64,000 nucleotides of DNA from an uncultured Rickettsiales bacterium (GTDB taxonomy: Bacteria > Myxococcota_A > UBA796 > UBA9615 > CAYRNR01): assembly GCA_964558555.1 (NCBI GenBank), contig CAZLEO010000008.1, forward strand, positions 61 through 64,060, in the 5' to 3' direction. Of this stretch, positions 1-8,882 are shown one piece after another. Each line of letters starts with the position of its first letter. Position 1 is the stretch's first letter. Made by a program: the position numbers and the translations under genes. The notes beneath the pieces are model-generated. The model searched no databases. It had not been told where the DNA came from and saw only the letters and a program-made list of their open reading frames with translations.

Positions 1-236
1 GTGGGGCGGGGCCTGGGGGGCGTTGAGTGGCTCGGGATGCGCGAGCGCTCACAACTCGCGGGGTTGGCCTCAACCGGCCGAGATGTGAGCGGTATCCGTT
101 CATAACTCCAGGGGTTCTCGAGAACCCTCCCAGATATGAGCGACATCCGCTCATAACGTCCGGGGTTGATGCCAACCCCGGGAGATATGAGCGCTGAGCG
201 GCATCTCGGTCACGACTTGGGATGTGGGCCCGAGGC
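1..236. repeat. Copy 1 of a ~230-bp composite palindromic array (BIME/REP-like). Four units, each made of hairpin A (GATATGAGCG-n5-CGCTCATAAC) and hairpin B (GGGGTT-n6-AACCCC). It probably continues upstream of the window.
   Basis: Read directly: alternating near-perfect inverted repeats, e.g. gatatgagcgacatccgctcataac and ccggggttgatgccaaccccgg. The element is duplicated at 482-712 with >90% identity. Confidence 0.7.
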
Positions 237-481
237 ACGACGCTGATGAGCAAGGTGCCGCTGGGTGAGGTGGAGACCTATCGGTAGGGCTTCGACCGCC
301 CGTCGCCTGGTGAGCGTGCCCCGGTGCTCGACCGCGTCAAGGGCGAGTCGCTCCGCGACTCGTCGGCTTCGCCGATGTCGCCTTCGGCTCCACCCCTGAC
401 CCGGTCTGCGCTCCGGGGCCTGTGGGTGGGTGGCGACGGGGGAAGGATGGCTGATCTTGGCTCGGGAGGGATGGATGGGGG

Positions 482-712
482 GGTGGGGCCTGGGGGGCGT
501 CATGAGGCTCAGGATGCGCGACCGCTCACAACTCGCGGGGTTGGCCTCAACCGGCCGAGCTGTGAGCGGTATTCGCTCACAACTCCAGGGGTTCTCGAGA
601 ACGCTCCCAGATATGAGCGATATTCGCTCATAACGCCCGGGGTTGATGCCAACCCCGAGAGATATGAGCGTTGAGCGGCATCTCGGTCGCAACTTGGGAT
701 TTGGGCCCTCAG
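482..712. repeat. Copy 2 of the composite palindromic (BIME/REP-like) array.
   Basis: Near-identical to 1-236. It sits between ~150-bp imperfect inverted-repeat arms (328-480 and 780-935). The outer 24 bp of those arms, GTGCTCGACCGCGTCAAGGGCGAG, are a perfect reverse-complement pair at 328-351 and 912-935. Confidence 0.7.
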
Positions 713-1026
713 ACCCTCCGCCGACGGGGTCTCCAGTCGACCAACCAGGCCTTCGCCCTCCAAGCCACGAATCACCCCCCAAGGCCACCCCCCATCCATC
801 CACCCAGAGCTTGATCTCGCCATCCCTCCCCCCGTCGCCTGCAATCCACAAGCCTTGGCGCGCAGGCCGGGTCAAGGGTCGCCGCGGAGCGGCGACGGGC
901 GGAGCCCGCTCGCCCTTGACGCGGTCGAGCACCATGGCACCCTGTCACGGCGACGGGCGGCCGCCGCTCGAGCCTTCGCCCCACATGGAATGCTATCGTC
1001 CAGGTACCCGGGGAGGAGGTGGTCGG

Positions 1027-2079
1027 ATGTGTGAGGGGATGCGGTGGGTGGCTGCCTTCGCCCTGGCTCTGGGGGTGGCGGGGTGCTCCGATTCAGATGC
1101 TCGCGGTCCGATCGTGACTGACGACGATGACTCTGGCGACGACGTCGATGATGACGACGACGAGACAGGTGACGACGATCTGGCCGACGACGACTCTGGC
1201 GACGACGATTCGGGTGACGACGATTCGGGCGACGACGACGCTGTTGAATGTGCGCCGTGTGTCGGGGATTTCACGGTCCTCGACGAGATGGACCTGGCGA
1301 CGCTGGCCCGTTGTTCGAGCGTGACGGGAACCCTGGACATCATCGATCAGCAGTGGCTGACCGAGGTGGATCTGCCGTGCCTCGAGTCGGTGGATGGGGA
1401 TGTGAACATCACGGACAACTGGGATCTCGGCAGCCTGAGCTTGCCGAGCCTCACGTGCGTGGGCGGCGGCATGGGCATCGCTGACAGCTACTTCTTGACG
1501 AGCATCGACCTCGGTAGCCTCACGACGGTGGAGTACTCACTGAGCCTGGCCAACGTGATCGATCTCCAGAGCCTGGATCTCCATGGACTGGAGGCCGTGG
1601 GTTGGGACCTGTCCATTCACGGAGCCGACGAGCTCACGGTAGTCAGCCTCCCCGCGCTCGAATCCGTGGGCTGGGGGCTCTACGTGGGTAGCAACGACTC
1701 TATCCACACCATCGACGGAATGAGCGGTCTGACCACGGTGTGGATACTCTCCCTCACCCATAATCCGGCGCTGACCGATCTCGAAGCTCTTGCGGGCCTC
1801 GAGTCCCTGCCCGGATACATGACCATCCACGCGAACGACACCCTGATAGACCTTCGAGGTCTCGAGGGCATCGAGACCATTGGCGGACTGCTGTCCATCT
1901 CCGAAAACGATCTACTTCGCGACCTCAGTCAGCTTTCGAGCCTGACGTCCGTGGATGACCTGTACATCTACGACAATCCCTGCCTGAGTCAGTCCGATGC
2001 AGAGTCCTTTGCGAACGGACTCCAGGTCGCCGGCGAGATCGAGATCTACGACAACGGCGCAGCCCACCCCTGTCCATGA
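1027..2079 (+). CDS. Lipoprotein with an Asp-rich acidic linker and a leucine-rich-repeat / receptor-L-like repeat domain.
   Basis: Signal peptide with lipobox (MRWVAAFALALGVAGC). GGAGGAGG lies 9 nt upstream of the ATG. D-rich 21-bp DNA repeats (DDDSGDD x3), then repeated L-x-x-L-x-L-x-x-L/V blocks. The annotated 5' extension back to 643 overlaps the repeat array and is probably not translated. Confidence 0.6.
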   Translation: MCEGMRWVAAFALALGVAGCSDSDARGPIVTDDDDSGDDVDDDDDETGDDDLADDDSGDDDSGDDDSGDDDAVECAPCVGDFTVLDEMDLATLARCSSVTGTLDIIDQQWLTEVDLPCLESVDGDVNITDNWDLGSLSLPSLTCVGGGMGIADSYFLTSIDLGSLTTVEYSLSLANVIDLQSLDLHGLEAVGWDLSIHGADELTVVSLPALESVGWGLYVGSNDSIHTIDGMSGLTTVWILSLTHNPALTDLEALAGLESLPGYMTIHANDTLIDLRGLEGIETIGGLLSISENDLLRDLSQLSSLTSVDDLYIYDNPCLSQSDAESFANGLQVAGEIEIYDNGAAHPCP

Positions 2080-2095
2080 CAGGGAGCGTCTCTGC

Positions 2096-2479
2096 TCAGA
2101 TCATCATCGGCAGGAACGACACGATCGCCACGGCGATGGCGCCCAGCAGGATCAGGTTCGCCGGGACGATGTGTCGGGAGACCAGACCCGAGCGTGGCGA
2201 GGACTTGCCCGACTTGACGCGGGAGAGGTCGACCGCGGCGAGCAGCAGCGACAGCGGGGTCGCCAGGAGCGCGAGGGGGCCGGTGAAGGCGCCGAAGAGG
2301 CCGATGGCGGCCGCGGCAGCGGCGAGGGGAGAGGCCTTCTGGTCCCGGTCGTCGGCGCCGAGGTAGCGCATCAGCGCCAGGATGTAGATGAAGATCCAGA
2401 CGAGCGCGGCCAGGGACAGGACGACCGAGCCGATGACGGCGCCGGTGATCTCGAGGGGCCCCAGGGCTTGCTGTTCCAT
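2096..2479 (-). CDS. Small polytopic membrane protein, hypothetical.
   Basis: 127 aa with 3-4 hydrophobic helices. It is convergent with the upstream lipoprotein gene. Confidence 0.45.
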   Translation of the reverse strand: MEQQALGPLEITGAVIGSVVLSLAALVWIFIYILALMRYLGADDRDQKASPLAAAAAAIGLFGAFTGPLALLATPLSLLLAAVDLSRVKSGKSSPRSGLVSRHIVPANLILLGAIAVAIVSFLPMMI

Positions 2480-2503
2480 GTCTATCCTCGGGGCGGCGCC
2501 CGC

Positions 2504-3295
2504 CTACCAGATCTTCCACCAGGGTTTCTTCTCGCCGGCCTCCCCGTCGGCCTCCTTCGGCATCGCCGAGAGTCGCCGCGGCGCCTTGCCGGTGACCTGG
2601 CAGTTCCGGCCGGGGACGATGCAGCGGTCGAAACCCTCGGCGTCGAGGACGTCGAGCAGGGCGTCGGTGCCCTGTTCGAGCTTCAGGGCGCATTCCGGGG
2701 TGGTGATGGGCACCATCCACAGTAGATGGATCGGGTCCCCCTCGGAGACGATGGGACTCAGCGGCGGTTCCTCGAGCACGGGTTCGAGGAAGAGGACGGT
2801 GCTCAGCAGGGTGGAGGGCACGTAGGGCGTGGGTGGATCGCCGTTGGGGATGGTGTGGCCGGGCCCGAGCCAGGTGTTGTACTCGTGGGGGAAGCGGGCG
2901 AGGAACTTGGCGTTGCGGAACGGCCACCAGTCCTCTTCGCGGCTGTCGGAGCCTTCGGGCAGGGGCCAGTCGGGGGGCAGGTAGAACAGGATCTCGGCGA
3001 AGCGGCGTTCCTCGAGCTCGTCGGGGACGGTCATGGGGCGGTCGCTCAGGCCCATGGTGACCACCGTGGTCCAGTCGCGCTCCGCGGTGGGCGGGTAGAT
3101 GTAGAGATCCACGTGGACCGTCTCGGAGATGATCTCGTGAAACACGCTCGGCTCGGCGCCGAGGGCAGCTTCCAGGGCCGCCTCGAGGGCCTCGCGGCGG
3201 CGAGGATCCACGTCGTCGGGGAGGCGGCCGTCCGAGGTCGGTCCCTGGTCGTGGCGATAGAGCTTGGAGCCTCCGGGTGAGTCCTGTTCGGTCAT
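2504..3295 (-). CDS. Suppressor-of-fused (SUFU)-like domain protein.
   Basis: DWTTVVTMGLSDRPM and surrounding motifs are typical of the bacterial SUFU-like family. There is a 4-nt overlap with the upstream gene. Confidence 0.6.
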   Translation of the reverse strand: MTEQDSPGGSKLYRHDQGPTSDGRLPDDVDPRRREALEAALEAALGAEPSVFHEIISETVHVDLYIYPPTAERDWTTVVTMGLSDRPMTVPDELEERRFAEILFYLPPDWPLPEGSDSREEDWWPFRNAKFLARFPHEYNTWLGPGHTIPNGDPPTPYVPSTLLSTVLFLEPVLEEPPLSPIVSEGDPIHLLWMVPITTPECALKLEQGTDALLDVLDAEGFDRCIVPGRNCQVTGKAPRRLSAMPKEADGEAGEKKPWWKIW

Positions 3296-4386
3296 GGTGT
3301 GTCCCCTCGGGTGAGTGAGAACGATACCTCAGCCTTGCCGACCCCGTTGACGATCACGGCCAGCCCGTGTTCGCCGGGGTAGTGTTTGCGGGTGGACAGA
3401 TCGGCCAGGGAGAGCTTGCGCTTGACCAGGTGTGCGCCGGGTTCGAGCACGGCTTCCTTGATCTGGAAGATCTTGCCGGAGCGCTTGCCGCGCGCCTTGA
3501 CGTAGTCGACGCGGTATTCGAGGCGGACCTTGCGGGCGGCGTCCTCGTCGTTGTGCAGGTCGAAGGTGAAGTGGAGGTGGCCGCCGATGGGGACGCTGTC
3601 CGCGCTGAGGGAGAGCTGCTCGACGCGCAGGCTGGCGGGATCGGCGAAGCCGAAGATGCGCATGGCGCGGGGATCGCCGGCCTTGAGCAGCGTGCGGCAG
3701 GCGTGCTTGACGATCCAGTCGGTGCGGTCGGAGCTGCCGATCCAGCGCGCGGCGATGTCGAGGACGAGGTCGGGGTGGTCCTTGGAGATGTCGTTGAGGT
3801 TGTTGGCCACGGACCGGCGGACGTAGTCGGCCGGGTCGTCCTTGAGGGCCTCGAGGACGGGCAGGATCGGCGCGGGATCGGCCTTGAACGCCGGCAGGGC
3901 GGGGGCCCAGGGCAGGCGGGGCCGACACCCCTCGCTGGCGAGCCGGCGCACGTGCTCGTTGTCGTCGCGGGTCCACTCCAGCATCACCGCCATGGTCGCC
4001 GCGGTGTCCGCCTGGATGAACGGGCGGATCGCGAACTCGCCGCTGCCGTAGCGGGTGAACAGGCGCAGCGCCGGCAGGGAGAGATCCGGGCGGCCCTGTC
4101 CGAAGCAGAAGACATACTCGCTGAGCACCATGCCCATGAAGCCGTCGGTCTGCTCGGCGGTCCGCGCGAGGACGTCCAGGGCGCGTCCGTAGTCGTCGAA
4201 GACCTCGCCCAGGCCCAGGGCCAGGTGTCGCATCCGCTCCTTGAGCTCGCGGTCGGCCCAGCGTCCGTCGAGGACGAAGGCGATGTAACGGTCCCGGTCG
4301 AAGGTGGGCTCGGCCGCGGCCAGGCCGTCGGCGAAGCGGTGGACGTCGGGGGGGAGGAGGAGCTTGTCCTTGAGTTTCTGTGCCAT
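3292..4386 (-). CDS. DNA alkylation repair enzyme (AlkD/AlkC-like HEAT-repeat glycosylase family) with a C-terminal extension.
   Basis: VRRSVANNLNDISKDHPD-type HEAT motifs. A GGAG Shine-Dalgarno sequence precedes the ATG. Confidence 0.5.
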   Translation of the reverse strand: MAQKLKDKLLLPPDVHRFADGLAAAEPTFDRDRYIAFVLDGRWADRELKERMRHLALGLGEVFDDYGRALDVLARTAEQTDGFMGMVLSEYVFCFGQGRPDLSLPALRLFTRYGSGEFAIRPFIQADTAATMAVMLEWTRDDNEHVRRLASEGCRPRLPWAPALPAFKADPAPILPVLEALKDDPADYVRRSVANNLNDISKDHPDLVLDIAARWIGSSDRTDWIVKHACRTLLKAGDPRAMRIFGFADPASLRVEQLSLSADSVPIGGHLHFTFDLHNDEDAARKVRLEYRVDYVKARGKRSGKIFQIKEAVLEPGAHLVKRKLSLADLSTRKHYPGEHGLAVIVNGVGKAEVSFSLTRGDTP

Positions 4387-4408
4387 GGGGGACTCCGGGT
4401 GGTGCGCG

Positions 4409-5032
4409 TCAGAGTAGCCCGTACCCCAGCCGGGACGCCACGTTGCACAACATGAAGTGGAAAGCAGGGTCGTCGAGGCGGCGGTTGATCTCTGGATGGG
4501 CGGGTAGGGCGTCCTCGGCCCGCTCGCACAGAGCCGCGGAGGGGCGATTGGCGGCCATGGAGGAGGGATAGAGGACGCCGTCGACGTCCGGGTAGGCGGC
4601 GTGAATCCGCCTGGACCAGCGCCGGGATCGCGGGCGCGGACCCGTACTCAGGGCCATGGAGGCGCCTACACGTGTGGGCCAGGGCCCGGTGAGGTCGAGC
4701 AGCGTCACGTCGCGCGCGAGTCCAAATCCGGCGAGCCACGGGTTGGCGCGCGTCCGCTGGATGACCCGTGTGTCCTGGAAGACCTCGGCCAGGCAGGTCG
4801 GACCTTCCCCGGCGGCGTAGAGGATGCTCCGATCCTGGTCGTGAGCAGGCGGCTCGTGGTGATCGAACCGGCTGTGGGTCGGCCCCCAGGAGCGGAAGCG
4901 ATTCCAGAACGTGGGGTGACGGCCTCCCTGGAAGTAGATCCTCCACAGGAGGGTGCCCCGGGGCAGGATGTGGACCGCGGCCGGGATCTCCGCCAGATCG
5001 GCCGCCGGCGGGGGTTCGGGGAACTTCGCCAT
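4409..5032 (-). CDS. RES-domain toxin of a RES-Xre toxin-antitoxin pair.
   Basis: RES domain signature (LWRIY...R, FDHH, ILYAAGE, TCLAE). It starts 2 nt after the upstream HTH gene. Confidence 0.75.
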   Translation of the reverse strand: MAKFPEPPPAADLAEIPAAVHILPRGTLLWRIYFQGGRHPTFWNRFRSWGPTHSRFDHHEPPAHDQDRSILYAAGEGPTCLAEVFQDTRVIQRTRANPWLAGFGLARDVTLLDLTGPWPTRVGASMALSTGPRPRSRRWSRRIHAAYPDVDGVLYPSSMAANRPSAALCERAEDALPAHPEINRRLDDPAFHFMLCNVASRLGYGLL

Positions 5033-5033
5033 G

Positions 5034-5627
5034 TCAGAGGCTGGCGGCGATGGAGACGACCGGCTCGACCGGCAGCCTGAGGCGGAGCCAGGTCAGGGGA
5101 CTCAACGGCGCGGGCCGGTCCTCGTGCCGCAGATCCGGGCACGCGGTGGTGATCCAGCGGTAGACCGAGACCAGGTCCAGCTCGGGATCGAGCGCGGCGA
5201 CGACCTCTTCCATGCCGGGCACGAGGCCGTCGTCTTCGAACTGGAAGGCGGGGAACCGCCAGCCGCGACTCGCGCGGACACCGTAGAGCGTCCGTGGCTT
5301 CGACCCCACGCGCTGACGGATACGGCTCGGATTTACGCCGAGCTGGCTGGCGGCCTCGGCCGTGGTCAGGCTGGTGCGCAGCAGCGCCGCCAGCTCGGCC
5401 ACGGTCTCCGCGAGCACCCGGTCCGAGTCTGCGGGCTCGAGATCAAAGCCGCCGCGCTCCAGGGTAGCGGCCTCGTGTCTGGAGAGACCCGCGGCCGGCC
5501 TCTCCGGGACGAGCGCGACGGGTAGTTGATCGACGGCCTCGCGGACCATGAGTCCGAGCTCGTCCGGAGACACGCCGATACCGTGGACGTGCAGGTAGGC
5601 GCGGGTCGAGGGATCGGACGGTGGCAT
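5034..5627 (-). CDS. HTH-containing putative antitoxin (Xre/MbcA-like) cognate to the RES toxin.
   Basis: HTH segment AEAASQLGVNPSRIRQRV. Immediately upstream of the RES gene and tightly coupled to it. Confidence 0.6.
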   Translation of the reverse strand: MPPSDPSTRAYLHVHGIGVSPDELGLMVREAVDQLPVALVPERPAAGLSRHEAATLERGGFDLEPADSDRVLAETVAELAALLRTSLTTAEAASQLGVNPSRIRQRVGSKPRTLYGVRASRGWRFPAFQFEDDGLVPGMEEVVAALDPELDLVSVYRWITTACPDLRHEDRPAPLSPLTWLRLRLPVEPVVSIAASL

Positions 5628-5713
5628 GTTCGGCTCCGTTAACGGTGATTATCGACGTTAGATCTCGTTAACAACGTAACACGGAACCGGAAATCGGAGA
5701 AGGAGAACGTGCC
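5628..5713 (-). promoter_or_regulatory. AT-rich leader with a repeated palindromic CGTTAAC(G) motif. Candidate promoter/operator of the TA operon.
   Basis: ccgttaacggtgattatcgacgttagatctcgttaacaacgtaac carries two GTTAAC palindromes ~25 bp apart in an otherwise GC-rich genome. Confidence 0.4.
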
Positions 5714-6790
5714 TCAGTCCGTCCTTCCATCCCCCCGCTGGGCGATCCGGGAGGCCCTCATCAACGCCTCGAAGACCTCGGTGACGCCGCCGGGAGCGAG
5801 GTTGTGGGTCTCTCCCCAGGTGCGGCGGTCCTCGAGCATGCGGCGCTCCCGATCGGGATCGAGGACGCGGCGTCCGGTGGCGGCCTTGGCCGCCCCGGCC
5901 TGGCGGGCGAGCTGCACCCGGCGACCCATGAGCACGACGATGGCCTCGTCCACCTCGTCGATCAGGGTGCGGGCCTCCGCGAGGTCAGGGGAGGCCTCGC
6001 CGAGATCGGGGATGGCCAGGGCCCGGCGGGTCTCCAGGGTCGTGTCGGCGGAGGGTTCGGCGAGGGCGGCCTCCTCGAGCTCGTCGTCGATGTTCTGCAG
6101 CGCGTCGATGAATGCGCGCCGCGCGGCCGCGGCGTGGGGGTTCTCCAGCTGGATGGCCGCGAACAGGTGACCGGCGTCCCAGCGCACCGTCTCCACGGTG
6201 CGGTTCATCGCCTTGTACGACGGCGGCGAGAACGGGACGGCCTCGTCCGCGTCCGTGTCCAGCGCCAGCAGCCCCTTGGCCAGGAAGAACGCCAGGGCGT
6301 GGGTGCGGGCCATGAGCCGGTCGTGGGTGTCCGCGTCGGTCTCGACCACCTGGCATTCGATGGACTCGAGGAAGGTCCGCGCCTGCGTTGCCGCGTCGGG
6401 GTGGACCGGGTTGGGGCAGACCACCACCTCCAGCGGCCGCTCGCCGCGGGACAGCGACGCCGGCCCGAACAGCGGGTGCGTGCCGATCCAGGGGATGTCT
6501 CCGCCCAGGGCCCGCTCCATGGCCTGGATGGGCTCCACCTTGACGCTGGCCACGTCGATCACGAGCTGAGCCGGGTTCAGCGCGGGGCGAAGCTCCGTCA
6601 GGACCGGCCCCATGACCCCGATGGGCACGGCGACCACCACCAGCTGCGCGCCGTCCACGGCGGCCTCGAGCGTGGGCGCCATGGCCGACTCGGCCCCTGG
6701 ATCGTAGGCGGTGAAGGTGTGACCGGCCCGCACGATCAGGCCGGCGAAGGCGCGGCCGAAGCGGCCGTATCCGATGAGCGCGATGTGCAT
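5714..6790 (-). CDS. tyrA: Bifunctional prephenate dehydrogenase / chorismate mutase.
   Basis: N-terminal NAD-binding GYGRFGRAF and a prephenate dehydrogenase core. The C-terminal chorismate mutase helices include EAIVVLMGRRVQLARQAG. Confidence 0.85.
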   Translation of the reverse strand: MHIALIGYGRFGRAFAGLIVRAGHTFTAYDPGAESAMAPTLEAAVDGAQLVVVAVPIGVMGPVLTELRPALNPAQLVIDVASVKVEPIQAMERALGGDIPWIGTHPLFGPASLSRGERPLEVVVCPNPVHPDAATQARTFLESIECQVVETDADTHDRLMARTHALAFFLAKGLLALDTDADEAVPFSPPSYKAMNRTVETVRWDAGHLFAAIQLENPHAAAARRAFIDALQNIDDELEEAALAEPSADTTLETRRALAIPDLGEASPDLAEARTLIDEVDEAIVVLMGRRVQLARQAGAAKAATGRRVLDPDRERRMLEDRRTWGETHNLAPGGVTEVFEALMRASRIAQRGDGRTD

Positions 6791-6842
6791 GGGGGATCGT
6801 GTACCAAGTCGCTGCCTAAATGACCATGCGGGAGCTTCGGAT

Positions 6843-8090
6843 TCACGCCGCCCGGCGTACGGAGGCCGGCAGCGCCTCGGGCAGGTCCACCGCCTCGCCG
6901 AACCACGTGGGATCGGACGGCCGCAGGCCGGCGTCGCGGGCGAGCTGCTCGACGATGCGCATGTTGTCCATGTCGATGTCGCCGGTGAGCCTCAGACCCT
7001 GCAGCGTGCGGGCGAGCTCGGGGCGGGTGGCGAGCGCCCAGCCCAGCGCGAGGCCCTCGGAGCCGCACGCGAAGAGGTGGTGGGGCGGCAGGGGAAGGGG
7101 GAAGCCGCCGAAGCCGCGGTGCAGGTGATCCGACGAGAGGATGGACAGCTCGGCGGCGACCGTGGGGGCGCGCCGGGCCACGTCGCGGGCCAGGTTGTTG
7201 GGCTGGGAGGCGTCGCCCCACAGGGAGCCGTCCGGGCACAGCTGGTCGGCGCGGACGAGCTCTCCGGGGTGGCTGGTGCACAGGGCGCCCAGGCGCACCT
7301 CGGGGAGCATGTCGGTGAAGCAGGGGAACTCGTCGCGGCCGTCCCACGACGCCAGGTCCACGTCCAGACCCTGCAGGCGTAGCTCGGCGCGCAGGCGGCG
7401 GATCTTGGCGCTGGTGCGACCCACCGCGACCAGGCCTCCGTCGTGGTCTGCGTACCAGCGGACGAAGGCGCGTCCGATGATGCCTGTGGCGCCGACCACG
7501 GCCAGGCGCTCGCCGCGCATGTCGTAGCGGTCGATCAGCCGCTCGAGCTGCCGGCAGCCGGCCAGGGCGCTGAGGCTGTCGCCGTGGGAGACGATGACCG
7601 TGCGCAGCCGCGGGCACGCCCAGCCGAACAGACCGCCCAGCGCAGCGAACATCGTGCGGACGTCCTCGCCGTCGTGGGTCAGCGGCGACGTGTACGCCCC
7701 CAGCACGACCACGTCGGCGCCGCGCACCATCACGGCCCACAGGCACGCCGCCATCACCCGCAGCTGGGTCAGCCGCGGGTGGGCCTTCATCTGGTCGGCC
7801 ACCATCATCACGAAGTGGGTGTGGAAGCGGACCTGGCCGCGGTAGACGTCGCGTCCGGCGAGGAACGAAGACAGACCGCACAGCGGCAGCAGCCACAAGA
7901 CGGTGAACCGCAGCGCCGCCGTGGCCGCGCGATGCAGGCCCGGCCGGTGCGCCTTCCAGCGCCTCAGCGCCGGCAGCAGGATGGCGAAGTCGGCGTCGCG
8001 CCGCATGTTCACGATGAAGGCCACGGTGGTCCGGGGGTCGCTGTGCATCGTCGTTCCTCCCTCGCTCGGTTCACCCAGGGAGGTTTGCAT
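6843..8090 (-). CDS. NAD(P)-dependent oxidoreductase related to cyanobacterial acyl-ACP reductase (AAR) and the shikimate-dehydrogenase-like family. It has an N-terminal hydrophobic extension.
   Basis: LAVVGATGIIGRAFVRWY aligns with AAR's VAVVGATGDIGSAVCRWL. GCRQLERL aligns with AAR's ICRQVEAA. VVLGAYTSPL aligns with AAR's SALGGFTSI. The true start may lie downstream of 8090. Confidence 0.5.
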   Translation of the reverse strand: MQTSLGEPSEGGTTMHSDPRTTVAFIVNMRRDADFAILLPALRRWKAHRPGLHRAATAALRFTVLWLLPLCGLSSFLAGRDVYRGQVRFHTHFVMMVADQMKAHPRLTQLRVMAACLWAVMVRGADVVVLGAYTSPLTHDGEDVRTMFAALGGLFGWACPRLRTVIVSHGDSLSALAGCRQLERLIDRYDMRGERLAVVGATGIIGRAFVRWYADHDGGLVAVGRTSAKIRRLRAELRLQGLDVDLASWDGRDEFPCFTDMLPEVRLGALCTSHPGELVRADQLCPDGSLWGDASQPNNLARDVARRAPTVAAELSILSSDHLHRGFGGFPLPLPPHHLFACGSEGLALGWALATRPELARTLQGLRLTGDIDMDNMRIVEQLARDAGLRPSDPTWFGEAVDLPEALPASVRRAA

Positions 8091-8254
8091 CGGGCGTGCC
8101 AGTGTCGCCGACCGCGGCCTTTATGTAGTGAAATCAGGAAGTTACAGATGGTGCCCCGTCGGCGCGGGCGGGCGGGGTTGTCGGGCGCACATTACACCCT
8201 GGAAAGTGGTTGTCGTGGGTACAAATGGAGGTGTCGGCGTCGCGCCGGGGCCCC

Positions 8255-8821
8255 TCACTGCGCCGTGGTGCACGCCCCGTTGCGGCACTTGCCGCCGGCA
8301 CACTCGGAGTCGGAGTAGCAGCGCCCTCCAGCGGTGGTGCACTGGCCGTTGCGGCACTTGCCGCCGGCACACTCGGAGTCGGAGTAGCAGCGCCCACCGG
8401 CGGTGGTGCACTGGCCGTCGCGGCACTTGCCGCCGGCGCACTCGGAGTCGGAGTAACAACGGCCGCCAGCGGTGGTGCATTCGCCGTTACGGCACTTTCC
8501 ACCGGCGCACTCGGAGTCGGAGTAGCAGCGGCCGCCAGCGGTGGTGCATTCGCCGTTGCGGCACTTGCCGCCGGCGCATTCGGAGTCGGAGTAGCAGCGG
8601 CCTCCAGCGGTGGTGCACTCGCCGTTGCGGCACTTGCCGCCGGCGCATTCGGAGTCGGAGTAGCAGCGGCTCGGTGCGGGCTCGCACTTGCCCTGCTTGC
8701 AGCGCCCGTCATCGCAGTCTGCGTCCGTGGTGCAGGGTGGGGGATCGGCGGCGCGGGGCATTCCGGGGAGGAGGAGCACGGCCAGGAACAGGCCGGCGGC
8801 GAGGGTCCAGGGACATCTCAT
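8255..8821 (-). CDS. Secreted cysteine-rich repeat protein (Myxococcus-type Cys-rich repeat; 7 tandem 20-aa repeats).
   Basis: Signal peptide MRCPWTLAAGLFLAVLLLPG. GGGGAG Shine-Dalgarno sequence. Seven copies of GGRCYSDSECAGGKCRNGECTTA, encoded by 60-bp DNA repeats. Confidence 0.7.
   Translation of the reverse strand: MRCPWTLAAGLFLAVLLLPGMPRAADPPPCTTDADCDDGRCKQGKCEPAPSRCYSDSECAGGKCRNGECTTAGGRCYSDSECAGGKCRNGECTTAGGRCYSDSECAGGKCRNGECTTAGGRCYSDSECAGGKCRDGQCTTAGGRCYSDSECAGGKCRNGQCTTAGGRCYSDSECAGGKCRNGACTTAQ
8258..8665. repeat. Seven tandem 60-bp coding repeats inside the Cys-rich protein gene.
   Basis: The repeat unit is near-identical at the DNA level, so it is recently expanded or homogenised. 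Confidence 0.8.
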
Positions 8822-8882
8822 GGCGGTCTCCCCGGTCAGTGTACCGCGTCGCGCTGCCGGCGGGCGCAGACGCCCAGCCGTC

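Noticed and set aside
210-984. Several overlapping 70-240 aa ORFs on both strands over the hairpin array.
   Set aside because: They fall entirely within the duplicated palindromic repeat or inverted-repeat arms. There is no RBS and no coherent protein features. These are GC-composition artefacts.
6736-7896. 386-aa minus-strand ORF and the +strand ORFs 6774-7382 and 7443-8318.
   Set aside because: They overlap the AAR-like gene in other frames or antisense. Low-complexity Arg/Pro/Gly proteins.
8258-8665. The 60-bp tandem repeats as a possible CRISPR array.
   Set aside because: There are no unique spacers. The units are contiguous and in-frame within a protein-coding gene with a signal peptide.
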